Position numbers and translations under genes: made by a program. From Candidatus Latescibacterota bacterium (GTDB lineage: Bacteria > Latescibacterota > UBA2968), in the NCBI GenBank assembly GCA_965116885.1, contig OZ220741.1:2944001-3008000 (forward strand): DNA of 64,000 nt, in the 5' to 3' direction. The notes beneath the pieces were generated by a model. The model was not told the DNA's origin and ran no database searches. It worked only from the letters and a program-made list of their open reading frames with translations. Positions 50,108-59,055 of the stretch are shown here, piece after piece. Positions within the stretch are counted from its first letter, which is position 1. Each line of letters opens with the position of its first letter.

Positions 50108-51292
50108 TCAATTTAATGGGTTTTCTTGTTTTCCATATAGGCGATAGAGGCCCACACCGCAGGCGAGTGCGCCGATACAAAATAAGACGGAGATGCCAAA
50201 GGGCCAGATGGGACCCCAGTCGATGAGTTTTCCACCGCCGAGGCTACCGGAGAGCATGCCCAGGCTCCAGGCGAGGTGGGCTGCGCCGACGACGCGGCCT
50301 TTTTCGTCTTCGCGGGCGATTAATTGTATGAGGCCCGGCATGGTGGTCGATAGAGACCAGGCCGAGGCAGTTGCGAGAATGCCAAAGGCATAAATACCAG
50401 TAAGGGTGTGCGCGGTCAGGGCAAGGCCGAGGGCGCTGATGGCGACGAGTGATGCGGAGACGAGGATGGGACGCCAGCGCCCAATGCGGTCGCAAAGCCG
50501 ACCGGTGAGGACCTGAAAACAAGCTGCGATGATCAGGCTGATGGCACTGTAATTCGTGGCTGCGGTGCTGGTGCCCGCGATGCGAAAGATGAGCAGGGGC
50601 AGGAGCAGGGTGACGGCGCCCCAATAGCTGGTGGGCAGGTAGCGGATGCCCAACAGGAGGCATACGTCGAGACGGCGGAATAGTTGAATGAGTGCGGATA
50701 GGTTGCGGCTATTGTCGGCAGATTTTGGCGAGGGGATCGCAGGGAGGGTCAGGATGCTCATCAGGACGAGCACTACCCCTGCGAGTGTGATGCAAAAACC
50801 GAGGGTTTGAAATCCATACGCATCGGCGATGGGGCCAGAGAGAAAATTTCCCGAAGCCGAGCCGAGGGTGTTGCCGAGAAAATAACCTGCTGATGCGATG
50901 CCGATGACAGAGGATGGGGCTGCGCTGATGAGATAGCTTTGTCCTCCGGCGCTGTTAAATCCGGATGAGATGCCGATGCCGGTACACAGGGCAGTCAGGA
51001 GGAGAGGGTCGCCGCTGTAAAAAATAACGCCGGCGAGAATAGGGCCCAAAGTGCCGAGGATGTAAACGGGTTTGACACCCCAGGTATCGGCAAGGCGGCC
51101 CGCAGGTACGGCAAAGACACCGCCTAAAATGAGAAATGCTGCGCGCAATCCCCCGGAAAAGAGGGGTGTGCCGAGGAGGTCTGCTTCGACATATACGGGG
51201 AGGAGGGTGTTGAGGGGGGCAGAGACAAAGCTGCTGAAAAAGGAGACAATGAGCAGGGCGATGAAACGGCGATTGAGGAGTTCGGAATACAT
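50108..51292 (-). CDS. MFS transporter
   Basis: About 12 hydrophobic segments; motif A GRLADTWG and GRLCDRIGR. Confidence 0.93.
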   Translation of the reverse strand: MYSELLNRRFIALLIVSFFSSFVSAPLNTLLPVYVEADLLGTPLFSGGLRAAFLILGGVFAVPAGRLADTWGVKPVYILGTLGPILAGVIFYSGDPLLLTALCTGIGISSGFNSAGGQSYLISAAPSSVIGIASAGYFLGNTLGSASGNFLSGPIADAYGFQTLGFCITLAGVVLVLMSILTLPAIPSPKSADNSRNLSALIQLFRRLDVCLLLGIRYLPTSYWGAVTLLLPLLIFRIAGTSTAATNYSAISLIIAACFQVLTGRLCDRIGRWRPILVSASLVAISALGLALTAHTLTGIYAFGILATASAWSLSTTMPGLIQLIAREDEKGRVVGAAHLAWSLGMLSGSLGGGKLIDWGPIWPFGISVLFCIGALACGVGLYRLYGKQENPLN

Positions 51293-51317
51293 TTTTTAAT
51301 TTTTTTTATTTTCGCCC

Positions 51318-51348
51318 TTGACTCTCCAGTTACTGGAAGGTGTATATT
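51318..51348 (+). promoter_or_regulatory. MerR-type promoter/operator
   Basis: TTGACT-19 bp-TATATT with the dyad TCCAGT-T-ACTGGA in the spacer. Confidence 0.85.
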
Positions 51349-51393
51349 GTCGGTTGAAGGCCTTCACACACCCGTATCACATGGAGAGAATCC

Positions 51394-52197
51394 ATGCTCA
51401 AAATAGGAGAATTTTCCAGGCTTGTCAACGTGCCGGTCAAGACGTTGCGTTACTACGATGAAATCGGTTTGTTCAAATCCGATTATATCGATGAGCAAAC
51501 CGGCTATCGCTTTTACTCATTCGAGCAACTTCCGCGGCTCAATCGCCTGCTGGCGCTCAAAGACCTGGGGATGTCGCTGAGCCAGATTGATCAAATGTTG
51601 AAAGAAAATCTTTCGGCTGATCAACTGCGCGATATGCTTTCGCAGAAACAGGTCGAACTCGAAGATCTTGCCAGAGATATACGGGAACGCATTGCCCGCG
51701 TGGAAGCCCGACTGAGTCTTATCGAAATGGAGGATAAAATGCCAGATTATGAAGTTGTCACCAAAACAGTTGATCCGGTTCTGGTCGCTTCCAAACAGGG
51801 GGCCGTTCCACACTTTGCTGCCATCGGCTCTGTGATGGACCGCCTGTACAATGGGGTTGTCGCCCATGTTGTGAAACACAAGGGACAATTTGCGGGCCCG
51901 GGCATTACGGTATGGCATGAAAATTTTAAACCCGAGGCAAACATACCGATTAAAAAAGCCATACCAGAAGGTGATGATGTCAAGGTCCACGAGTTGCCGG
52001 GTGATCAAATGGCGTGCCTGGTGCATCACGGAGGTTTTGAAGGTTTTCCTCTGGCCTATCAAGCGGGCGTTCAGTGGATTGAGGCCAATGGCTATGAGAT
52101 CACCGGACCGAGCCGGGAAGTGTATTTGCAATTTAGACCCGATGGCAATCCAAAGGATTATGTGACGGAGATACAGTTTCCCGTGGCAAAAGTATGA
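51394..52197 (+). CDS. MerR family regulator with GyrI-like effector domain (BmrR/BltR-like)
   Basis: IGEFS, TLRYYDEIGL, TGYRFY; C-term REVY...TEIQFPV. Confidence 0.95.
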   Translation: MLKIGEFSRLVNVPVKTLRYYDEIGLFKSDYIDEQTGYRFYSFEQLPRLNRLLALKDLGMSLSQIDQMLKENLSADQLRDMLSQKQVELEDLARDIRERIARVEARLSLIEMEDKMPDYEVVTKTVDPVLVASKQGAVPHFAAIGSVMDRLYNGVVAHVVKHKGQFAGPGITVWHENFKPEANIPIKKAIPEGDDVKVHELPGDQMACLVHHGGFEGFPLAYQAGVQWIEANGYEITGPSREVYLQFRPDGNPKDYVTEIQFPVAKV

Positions 52198-52219
52198 GTT
52201 TGAAAGTGCAACATTAGAG

Positions 52220-52254
52220 AAATACCGGGATGGTTTTGTGTCCCGGTATTTTTT
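52220..52254 (+). terminator. Terminator after the merR-family gene
   Basis: AAATACCGGGA...TCCCGGTATTT plus T run. Confidence 0.8.
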
Positions 52255-52282
52255 GTAGGGGTGGGTTTTAAACCCGCCCGTA
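52255..52282 (+). repeat. GTAG-type REP-like palindrome
   Basis: GTAGGGGTGGGTTTTAAACCCGCCCGTA. Confidence 0.65.
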
Positions 52283-53005
52283 TATGAAGTCCGATTTAAA
52301 TTTTTCGATGCAGTCGTGGCGGCTGCCTTCAAAGAGGTAGATTTTGCCGCGTATGGTCGCGGTTTCTTCGGGCGCGAGGGCGCCTGCGCGAATCGATTGG
52401 TGCATGCAGCGCCAGGGGTTGTGACCCTGAACGGAGAGAAAGTCTGCCCAGGCTATGCCCGCCACCCATGTGCGATCTGTGGATTCGCGTATCAGAATGC
52501 CGCCTGTGGCATTGATGGGCGATGTGGGCCATTTGTCAGACCAGACGGTTTCGGTATCTATTGCGTTGCGATAGGTGTGGTTGTAGTGTATGTCGCGATG
52601 GATGAGGGGGACCAGGCCTTCTTCGGCGAGGAAATAGGTGCGCTCGTGGTCGTCGTCAAAAAATGCCGGGGTTTCGGAGACTTCGGGCTGTTTGCCAGGG
52701 TTAAAGCAGGGAATGATCGCGGCAATTTCGGGCCATGTGCGGTCGGTTTTGTTGGTGATGGAGAGTAGTAGATCCGCTCCATTTTCACGCCCTGTGACGT
52801 TGAGGCGCAGGCCGAGGTTGGGGTGTTCGAGGACACCCGCATTGTCGTCCAGTGTTTTTTGCGGTACATGCGCGCCACCTGTGTGCTGGCCCAGATGTAC
52901 GGCTTCAAACATGTTCCATTCGTAGAACCAGAGGTACATGGTCAGATCATCTCGTCCATCGGGCGCGAATGAAAATCCGCGTCGCCATTTATTTAATGTG
53001 ATCAT
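52268..53005 (-). CDS. Hypothetical protein (Trp-rich, beta-rich)
   Basis: 245-aa ORF filling the gap and co-oriented with the Nudix gene; no family recognised. Confidence 0.7.
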   Translation of the reverse strand: MITLNKWRRGFSFAPDGRDDLTMYLWFYEWNMFEAVHLGQHTGGAHVPQKTLDDNAGVLEHPNLGLRLNVTGRENGADLLLSITNKTDRTWPEIAAIIPCFNPGKQPEVSETPAFFDDDHERTYFLAEEGLVPLIHRDIHYNHTYRNAIDTETVWSDKWPTSPINATGGILIRESTDRTWVAGIAWADFLSVQGHNPWRCMHQSIRAGALAPEETATIRGKIYLFEGSRHDCIEKFKSDFIYGRV

Positions 53006-53193
53006 TTTTTTAGTTTTTAGTAGTCAGTAGTCAGTAGTCAGTTGGCCCACTCAACCGTCCAACCTACCAGCCCCCAGTCCCTTGCCTTTCATCCTGCCTA
53101 TTTCCCTATCTGCAACTTTTCCAACCGACACAGCTTATTTTTGCTCCAATTCTCTGCCCTACGGGTTTTATCCTGCTTATCCTTTCATCCTGC

Positions 53194-53973
53194 CTATCCT
53201 GATTCAGACGATATTTTTGCCATGTCATTGGGCATGAAAATTTCGTGGCGCTCGGGGTCGGAGTAGCCTTCGATTTCCATGTGGGTGACGCCGGGGCTTT
53301 CGATAGCGGCTTTGACAATGTGTTTGTTAAATGTGCTGACAATTTCGCTGGAGAGATACTCTGAGACGGGCAACCAGAGGCATTCTTCGATTTCTTCAGC
53401 CTGTATGGAAATGTTTTCGCTCAGGGGCGAGAGGCGGCAGACAAAGTAGATGTCCGATTTGTCGTAGCGGTAGCCGTGCCAGTGCCGGAAGCAGACCAGT
53501 TTTTCAAATTTTGTACGCACGCCGGTTTCTTCAAAGACTTCGCGCTGGACGCAGTCGGCAATGTGTTCGCCCGGATGCAGAGCGCCTCCGGGTAGTTTGT
53601 AATATGGCGATTCAGAGCGGCGGTGCAATTCGCTGACGACCAGGAGTTCTGCGCGCTCGTTGATGACGACTCCACCAGCGCCAATGTAATGCGTGGCGTA
53701 TTCGGGTATGAGGGCGTTGGGTTCGAGGCGTTTGGTGAGTAAAAGATAATCTGTTCCCGAGTGGTGAAATGTGAATCCCGATTGTGTTGCCACTGGAATG
53801 AGCGCGGCCCGTTCAATGGGGATGTTGATCCAGACGACCTTAAATGCCTCGCGTTTCCACTCCTGGAGAGATGCTGAGAGGCGCGTGCGAAATTCCTCGG
53901 GATCAGGTGGCAGTGCTGATGGATCGAGTTCAATGCCCTGAAAGCGATTTGGCGTGGCTTCGAGTATTTGCAT
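53194..53973 (-). CDS. Nudix hydrolase, NUDT6-like
   Basis: Nudix box GGALHPGE....VQREVFEETG; pre-Nudix domain W..IP...GF.FHH; SDIYF. Confidence 0.9.
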   Translation of the reverse strand: MQILEATPNRFQGIELDPSALPPDPEEFRTRLSASLQEWKREAFKVVWINIPIERAALIPVATQSGFTFHHSGTDYLLLTKRLEPNALIPEYATHYIGAGGVVINERAELLVVSELHRRSESPYYKLPGGALHPGEHIADCVQREVFEETGVRTKFEKLVCFRHWHGYRYDKSDIYFVCRLSPLSENISIQAEEIEECLWLPVSEYLSSEIVSTFNKHIVKAAIESPGVTHMEIEGYSDPERHEIFMPNDMAKISSESG

Positions 53974-54232
53974 AGATACCTCGTTCAAAAGTATCCGCAG
54001 ATGACGCAGATGGAAAATCAAAATATGTGCTGTGTAAGCCAGTTACACAATAGGGGAGTGTGAACCGGCACATGGTAAGGAACATCACAAAATCGGGCAA
54101 GGGATTTGCGGTGGGCAGTTCTACTTGACAGCGGTTATGGGGACAATCATATTGAATGAAGTACAAAATGATGCGCGAGGTTGAAACAGTTGATGGGGTG
54201 AAGGCGTTAAAAGGCAACCGAGGAGGGGTAAC

Positions 54233-55429
54233 ATGGTGTCTATTTTTGAACAGTTGGGCGTAAGAACCATTATCAATGCTGCCGGGCCAGTTACGCGCTT
54301 GAGCGGGGCGCGCATGGATGAGGATGTGATCGATGCTATGCGCGAGGCATCGCAGGTGTGCGTGGATATTGCAGAGCTACAGGCAGGGGCAGGACAGTTG
54401 ATTGCCAGGGTGACAGGTGCCGAAGCCGGATATGTGACATCGGGTGCTGCGGCGGGCCTGGTGCTCGCAACGGCGGCATGTGTTACGGGTATGGATCCGG
54501 GAAAGATGAACCGATTGCCCGATACGTCGGGGATGAAAAATGAGGTGATTATGCCCCGGTCACATCGCAATTTTTACGATCACGCGGTGCGTTCGGTGGG
54601 TGTGACACTCATTGAGGTGGGTATTCCAGACCGATTTAGCGGCGCGGGGCTGCGCGATACAGAAGCTTGGGAAATTGCCGATGCGATAACCGATCAGACC
54701 GCGGCGATTGTCTATGTGGCGCAGTCTTTCGCGCAGCCGCCTTTGCCACAGGTGACGGCTGTGGCGCACAAATGCGGTGTGCCCGTCATTGTCGATGCTG
54801 CAGGACAGTTGCCGCCAGCGGCAAATTTGAAGCGGTTTATCAGCGAGGGTGCCGATGCGGTTTGTTTTAGCGGCGGAAAAACTATTGGCGGGCCTCAAGG
54901 GGCGGGCATTTTGTGCGGTCGCCGCGATCTGATTTCCTCGGCGGCATTGCAGCATCTGGATCTGGATGTGCATTATGATTTGTGGGACCCACCCCCTGAA
55001 TTGATCGATATATCCGCGCTGCCAGGTGCACCGCAGCACGGGATTGGGCGACCGTGCAAGGTGGGAAAAGAGCAGATTGCGGGGCTGATGGTTGCACTGC
55101 AAAAGTTCGTCGCAGAAAGCGACGAGGCGCGGCAGGCACGCTGGTCGCAGTGCCTTCAGAATTTGGCAGATGAGATAAGTGATTTGCCGGGGTGCGATAT
55201 TAGCATGGATGCCTACCGCACAATACCCATTTTGCGGCTCGCGCTTTCTCCGGAGGAAAGAGGCGTGGAAGTGGCGCGGCAGTTAATGGAAGGTGATCCG
55301 AGTATTCATGTTGGTACATCAGGCGTTTACGATGGCGTGTTGATTTTTAATCCCATGTGTTTGTCAGGAGATATGATCAAACCGATTGCCGATCGGTTAA
55401 AAGAGTTAATTACGAGTTGCGATTCGTGA
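54233..55429 (+). CDS. SelA-like PLP-dependent enzyme (DgaE-like)
   Basis: INAAG..T.L.G, VTSGAAAG, VDAA, FSGGK.IGGPQ, IGRP.KVGKE. Confidence 0.85.
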   Translation: MVSIFEQLGVRTIINAAGPVTRLSGARMDEDVIDAMREASQVCVDIAELQAGAGQLIARVTGAEAGYVTSGAAAGLVLATAACVTGMDPGKMNRLPDTSGMKNEVIMPRSHRNFYDHAVRSVGVTLIEVGIPDRFSGAGLRDTEAWEIADAITDQTAAIVYVAQSFAQPPLPQVTAVAHKCGVPVIVDAAGQLPPAANLKRFISEGADAVCFSGGKTIGGPQGAGILCGRRDLISSAALQHLDLDVHYDLWDPPPELIDISALPGAPQHGIGRPCKVGKEQIAGLMVALQKFVAESDEARQARWSQCLQNLADEISDLPGCDISMDAYRTIPILRLALSPEERGVEVARQLMEGDPSIHVGTSGVYDGVLIFNPMCLSGDMIKPIADRLKELITSCDS

Positions 55430-55497
55430 GATTCCCAACCATTGTACGCAGGCTTTGCCTGAGCACTAATTCCCCCATTTTACAAAGGAGGCGTGCC

Positions 55498-56178
55498 ATG
55501 GGTGTTATCACTATTTCAAGGGAATACGGTAGTGATGGCCGTACGGTTGCCCGGAAGGTTGCCGAGGTACTGTCTTATCACAATATAGATAAAGAGTTAC
55601 TCGTTGAGGTGGCGCAAAAAGCCCAGGTGCCCGTGTCAGAAGTCGAACGCTATGACGAACTACCCGAACATCCCGCTCTGAGAATTTTGCGAAAATTTCT
55701 CACGCCCGGATACGCAGATACCCTGACGGGGTTGTCGGAATACGAGTGGTGGGCTGCGGCGACTGTGCCCGAGTTGTCCGACCACCGAGATCAGGCACTG
55801 ATAACCATGGATGAAGAGGTGTACGCGAAGTTGACCGCGGAGGTGGAGATGCAGATGGCCGATCAGGGCGATGTGGTTATATTGGGGAGGGGTGGGCAGG
55901 CTGTCTTGAAAGACCGTGACGATACGTTGCATGTGCGCGTGGTGGCGACGCAGGATTTTAAGCTGGATGTGGTGAAAGACCGCGATCAGTTGACTAATGA
56001 CGAGGATGCAATAAGGCGAATGAGAGGGGTAGATGAACGCCGCAGGACGTACATCAAACGCCATTATAAGGTGAATTGGGATAATCCACATCTATACTCT
56101 GTCATAGTGAATACCGGCTTTCTCGGCGTTGATGGAGCCGTAGATGCGATTGTTTGCGCTGCGCAGAAGGTGTTGTGA
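55498..56178 (+). CDS. Cytidylate kinase-like family protein
   Basis: ITISREYGS.G, VVILGRG, D..R..Y..HY..W..P.LY...NT. Confidence 0.88.
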   Translation: MGVITISREYGSDGRTVARKVAEVLSYHNIDKELLVEVAQKAQVPVSEVERYDELPEHPALRILRKFLTPGYADTLTGLSEYEWWAAATVPELSDHRDQALITMDEEVYAKLTAEVEMQMADQGDVVILGRGGQAVLKDRDDTLHVRVVATQDFKLDVVKDRDQLTNDEDAIRRMRGVDERRRTYIKRHYKVNWDNPHLYSVIVNTGFLGVDGAVDAIVCAAQKVL

Positions 56179-56183
56179 AGCTA

Positions 56184-57596
56184 TCAAAGTCCCATTTCGA
56201 TATACGCCCGTGCGATTTTTTCTATGGCTATGACAAATGCAGCGGTGCGTAAATCCGGCACATTGTCGCGCGATTTGTGGATTTCACTCATGGTTTGATA
56301 GGCGATGCTCATGGTGTCTTCGAGGCCAGAGCGCACGAGGTCCAGTTCATCTGATCCGTAAGAGAGTCTTGCTTTGAGGTGGTCGGGGACGGGTTTGCCG
56401 ACCATTTCTTCCAGGGCGGTGATGATTTGCGCGCCGCGATGTGCTTCGTGGCGTCTGTCGAGGCGTCCAAAGCGGATGTGCGAGAGGTTCTTGATCCATT
56501 CAAAATAAGAAACTGTGACGCCGCCCGCATTGAGGTAGGCGTCGGGGATGATGGTTTTTCCCGCTTTGCACAATACGTTGTCTGCCATGTAAGTGACGGG
56601 ACCGTTGGCCGCTTCTGCAATTACTGGCGCTTTGATGCGTTTGGCATTTTCCAGTGTGATCTGGCCTTCAATGGCGGCTGGTATGAGTACGTCGCATTCT
56701 GCTTCGAGCAGGCTTTTGCCATTTGCAATATAGGTGGCTCCTGGAAAGTGTTTTAATGAACCGCGTTCCGCGCGGTAAGTAGCGGCTTCTTCAACTGAAA
56801 ATCCCTTATCTGACAAAATTGCCCCTTCGCGTTCAATAATGCCGATGATGCGCGCGCCACCTTCTTCTTCGAGATATTTGGTCGCGTGAAAGCCCACATT
56901 GCCCAATCCCTGCACGATTATGCGTTTGCCTTCCAAATTGCCTTCCAGTCCCGCGTTTTTGACGTCTTCCGGGTTGTTAAAAAATTCTTTGATGCCGTAA
57001 AATACACCGCGTCCGGTTGCTTCGACGCGTCCCTGAATGCCACCCTGGGAAAAGGGCTTGCCCGTTGTACAGGCAATGGCGTTGATGTCTTCGGGGTGCA
57101 GGCTGCGATATGTGTCTGCAATCCAGGCCATTTCTCGTTCTCCAGTTCCCATGTCGGGTGCTGGGACGTTGAGAGCCGGATTGATATATCCCTTTTTGAT
57201 CAATTCCTGTGCAAAACGTCGGGTAATGAGTTCGAGTTCATGCTCGTTGTATTCTCGGGGATCAATGCATAGACCACCTTTGGCACCGCCAAAGGGCACA
57301 TCGACGATCGCGCATTTATACGTCATGAGTGCGGCGAGTGCTTCCACGTCATCCTGGCTGACTGTGGGCGCGTAACGGATGCCTCCTTTGACGGGCAAGC
57401 GATGCTCGCTGTGAACCGAGCGCCATCCCGTGAAGATGCGATAGCTGTCGCGGAGTTTGACAAAGAAGCGCACGAGGTAAATGTTGTTGTTGATTTTGAT
57501 CTGGTCGGCCAGTCCCGGGGGCAAATCGAGCGTTGCTACTGCGCGATTAAACATGAGGTCAACGCTTTCTTTAAAGCTGGGTTCAGGTGAGGACAT
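56184..57596 (-). CDS. gdhA: Glu/Leu/Phe/Val dehydrogenase (glutamate dehydrogenase)
   Basis: KGGIRY, MTYKCA, PFGGAKGG, VPAPD, QGLGNVG, NAGGVTVSYFEW. Confidence 0.95.
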   Translation of the reverse strand: MSSPEPSFKESVDLMFNRAVATLDLPPGLADQIKINNNIYLVRFFVKLRDSYRIFTGWRSVHSEHRLPVKGGIRYAPTVSQDDVEALAALMTYKCAIVDVPFGGAKGGLCIDPREYNEHELELITRRFAQELIKKGYINPALNVPAPDMGTGEREMAWIADTYRSLHPEDINAIACTTGKPFSQGGIQGRVEATGRGVFYGIKEFFNNPEDVKNAGLEGNLEGKRIIVQGLGNVGFHATKYLEEEGGARIIGIIEREGAILSDKGFSVEEAATYRAERGSLKHFPGATYIANGKSLLEAECDVLIPAAIEGQITLENAKRIKAPVIAEAANGPVTYMADNVLCKAGKTIIPDAYLNAGGVTVSYFEWIKNLSHIRFGRLDRRHEAHRGAQIITALEEMVGKPVPDHLKARLSYGSDELDLVRSGLEDTMSIAYQTMSEIHKSRDNVPDLRTAAFVIAIEKIARAYIEMGL

Positions 57597-57631
57597 AAGT
57601 ATTTCTCCGGAAATGGTAAGATGAAGTGTTC

Positions 57632-58522
57632 TTATAATAGATGACGCAGGGCAGGCTCAAGGTGGGGATGGGCAAAGGAAAAGCTGGTTTTTTCGAGGCG
57701 TGAAGAGATAACGCGGGTGCTTGCGAGCAGGAGGGCGTCGGCCATTTCGCCCAGTGCGAGTTTGGCGGCAAATGCGGGTAGCGGAAAAATTGTCGGGCGA
57801 GATAAGACGCGACCGAGGGTTTTGGTAAATTCGCGGTTGGTGACAGGTGTTGGAGATACGGCGTTGATTGCGCCGTTGATGGATTCGTTGTCTATTGCAA
57901 AGAGGAATAGAGAGACCAGGTCGTCGAGGGTGATCCAGCTCATGTACTGATTGCCCGATCCGACGATGCCGCCCAATCCCAATTTGAAGGGCAAGAGCAT
58001 TTTGCCGAGTGCCCCGCCTTTGGGGGATAAAACTATGCCAATGCGCGGGTGAACGGTTCGTATGCTGGCTTCTGTGGCGGGTTTGGCGGCGTTTTCCCAG
58101 GCGATGGATACGTCGGGGAGAAAGCCTTCTCCTGGTTGGCTGTCTTCGGTGAGGATTTCGTCGTGGCGGTTGCCGTAATAACCTATGGCAGAAGCGGAGA
58201 TGAAGACTTTTGGCGGCGGAGACATAGATGCGAGTGTTTGGGCGAGCAATGCGGTGCCCTGTACGCGGCTGTCGCGGATGCGCGCCTTTTGCGCTGTAGT
58301 CCATCGTCGAGAGGCGATGTTTTCCCCGGCGAGATGTATGACGCCATCTATGTTGGTGAGGCGCGAGGGATCGAGGGTATTAGAAGATGGATCCCAGGTG
58401 ATTTCATCGTCGTTGTGGGTATTGCGTCGGGTGAGAGATAAGATGCTGTCACCCCGTGTACTCAGTGCGGTTTTGAGTGCCGAGCCGATGAGGCCAGAAG
58501 CACCGGATATCAGGATTTTCAT
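57632..58522 (-). CDS. TIGR01777/YfcH-like NAD-dependent epimerase
   Basis: GASGLIG, HLAGENI..RW, SASAIGYYG, G.G.QYMSWI. Confidence 0.92.
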   Translation of the reverse strand: MKILISGASGLIGSALKTALSTRGDSILSLTRRNTHNDDEITWDPSSNTLDPSRLTNIDGVIHLAGENIASRRWTTAQKARIRDSRVQGTALLAQTLASMSPPPKVFISASAIGYYGNRHDEILTEDSQPGEGFLPDVSIAWENAAKPATEASIRTVHPRIGIVLSPKGGALGKMLLPFKLGLGGIVGSGNQYMSWITLDDLVSLFLFAIDNESINGAINAVSPTPVTNREFTKTLGRVLSRPTIFPLPAFAAKLALGEMADALLLASTRVISSRLEKTSFSFAHPHLEPALRHLL

Positions 58523-58535
58523 AATTTTCAACTTT

Positions 58536-58628
58536 CGGGACGGCACAGGGGCCGTCCCCTACGATGATATTGTGGTTTGTTGTAGGGACAACCCCCTGTG
58601 GTTGTCCTGCGACCCCCTGTGGTCGCCC
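58536..58628. repeat. Cluster of divergent GTAG REP-like palindromes
   Basis: Minus GTAGGGGACGGCCCCTGTGCCGTCCCG (58536-58562); plus GTAGGGACAACCCCCTGTGGTTGTCC (58582-58607); partial GCGACCCCCTGTGGTCGCCC. Confidence 0.8.
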
Positions 58629-58633
58629 GCTGA

Positions 58634-59047
58634 CTACTGTTGATAGAGCATCAGGTAGATGATGACGCCGGTAATTGAGACAAATATCCAACTGGGCCAA
58701 ACCCATCGGGCCAGGCGGCGGTGGCGATTAAATTCGCCTTTGTAGGCTCGCCAGACAAGCGCGATGATGAAGGGCACATTGACAGCGGCGAGGATGATGT
58801 GCGGGATGAGTATGGCAAAGTAGATCGGGCGCGTCCAATCATGGTGTGGATAGGGCACAGAGCCGACCTGACTGTGATAGATGAGGTATGAGGTCAGAAA
58901 GAGAGCCGATAAGATCAACGCTGTGACCATGCATTTCTGGTGCGTTTGGATGTCGCCGCGTTTGATATAGATGAATCCCAACAGAAGAAAGATGGTGCAA
59001 AGTCCGTTGAGAAAGGCGTTTGTTGCGGGCAAGTCTGTGATGGACAT
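58634..59047 (-). CDS. DUF420 (YozB-like) membrane protein
   Basis: LP..NA.LN, H...M, FL.SYL.YH, HIILA, HRRLAR, VS.TG...Y. Confidence 0.9.
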   Translation of the reverse strand: MSITDLPATNAFLNGLCTIFLLLGFIYIKRGDIQTHQKCMVTALILSALFLTSYLIYHSQVGSVPYPHHDWTRPIYFAILIPHIILAAVNVPFIIALVWRAYKGEFNRHRRLARWVWPSWIFVSITGVIIYLMLYQQ

Positions 59048-59055
59048 ATTTTTGT

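Noticed and set aside
54233..55429. True selenocysteine synthase selA
   Set aside because: Lacks the SelA N-terminal domain, and no selB/selC nearby; fits the shorter SelA-like family
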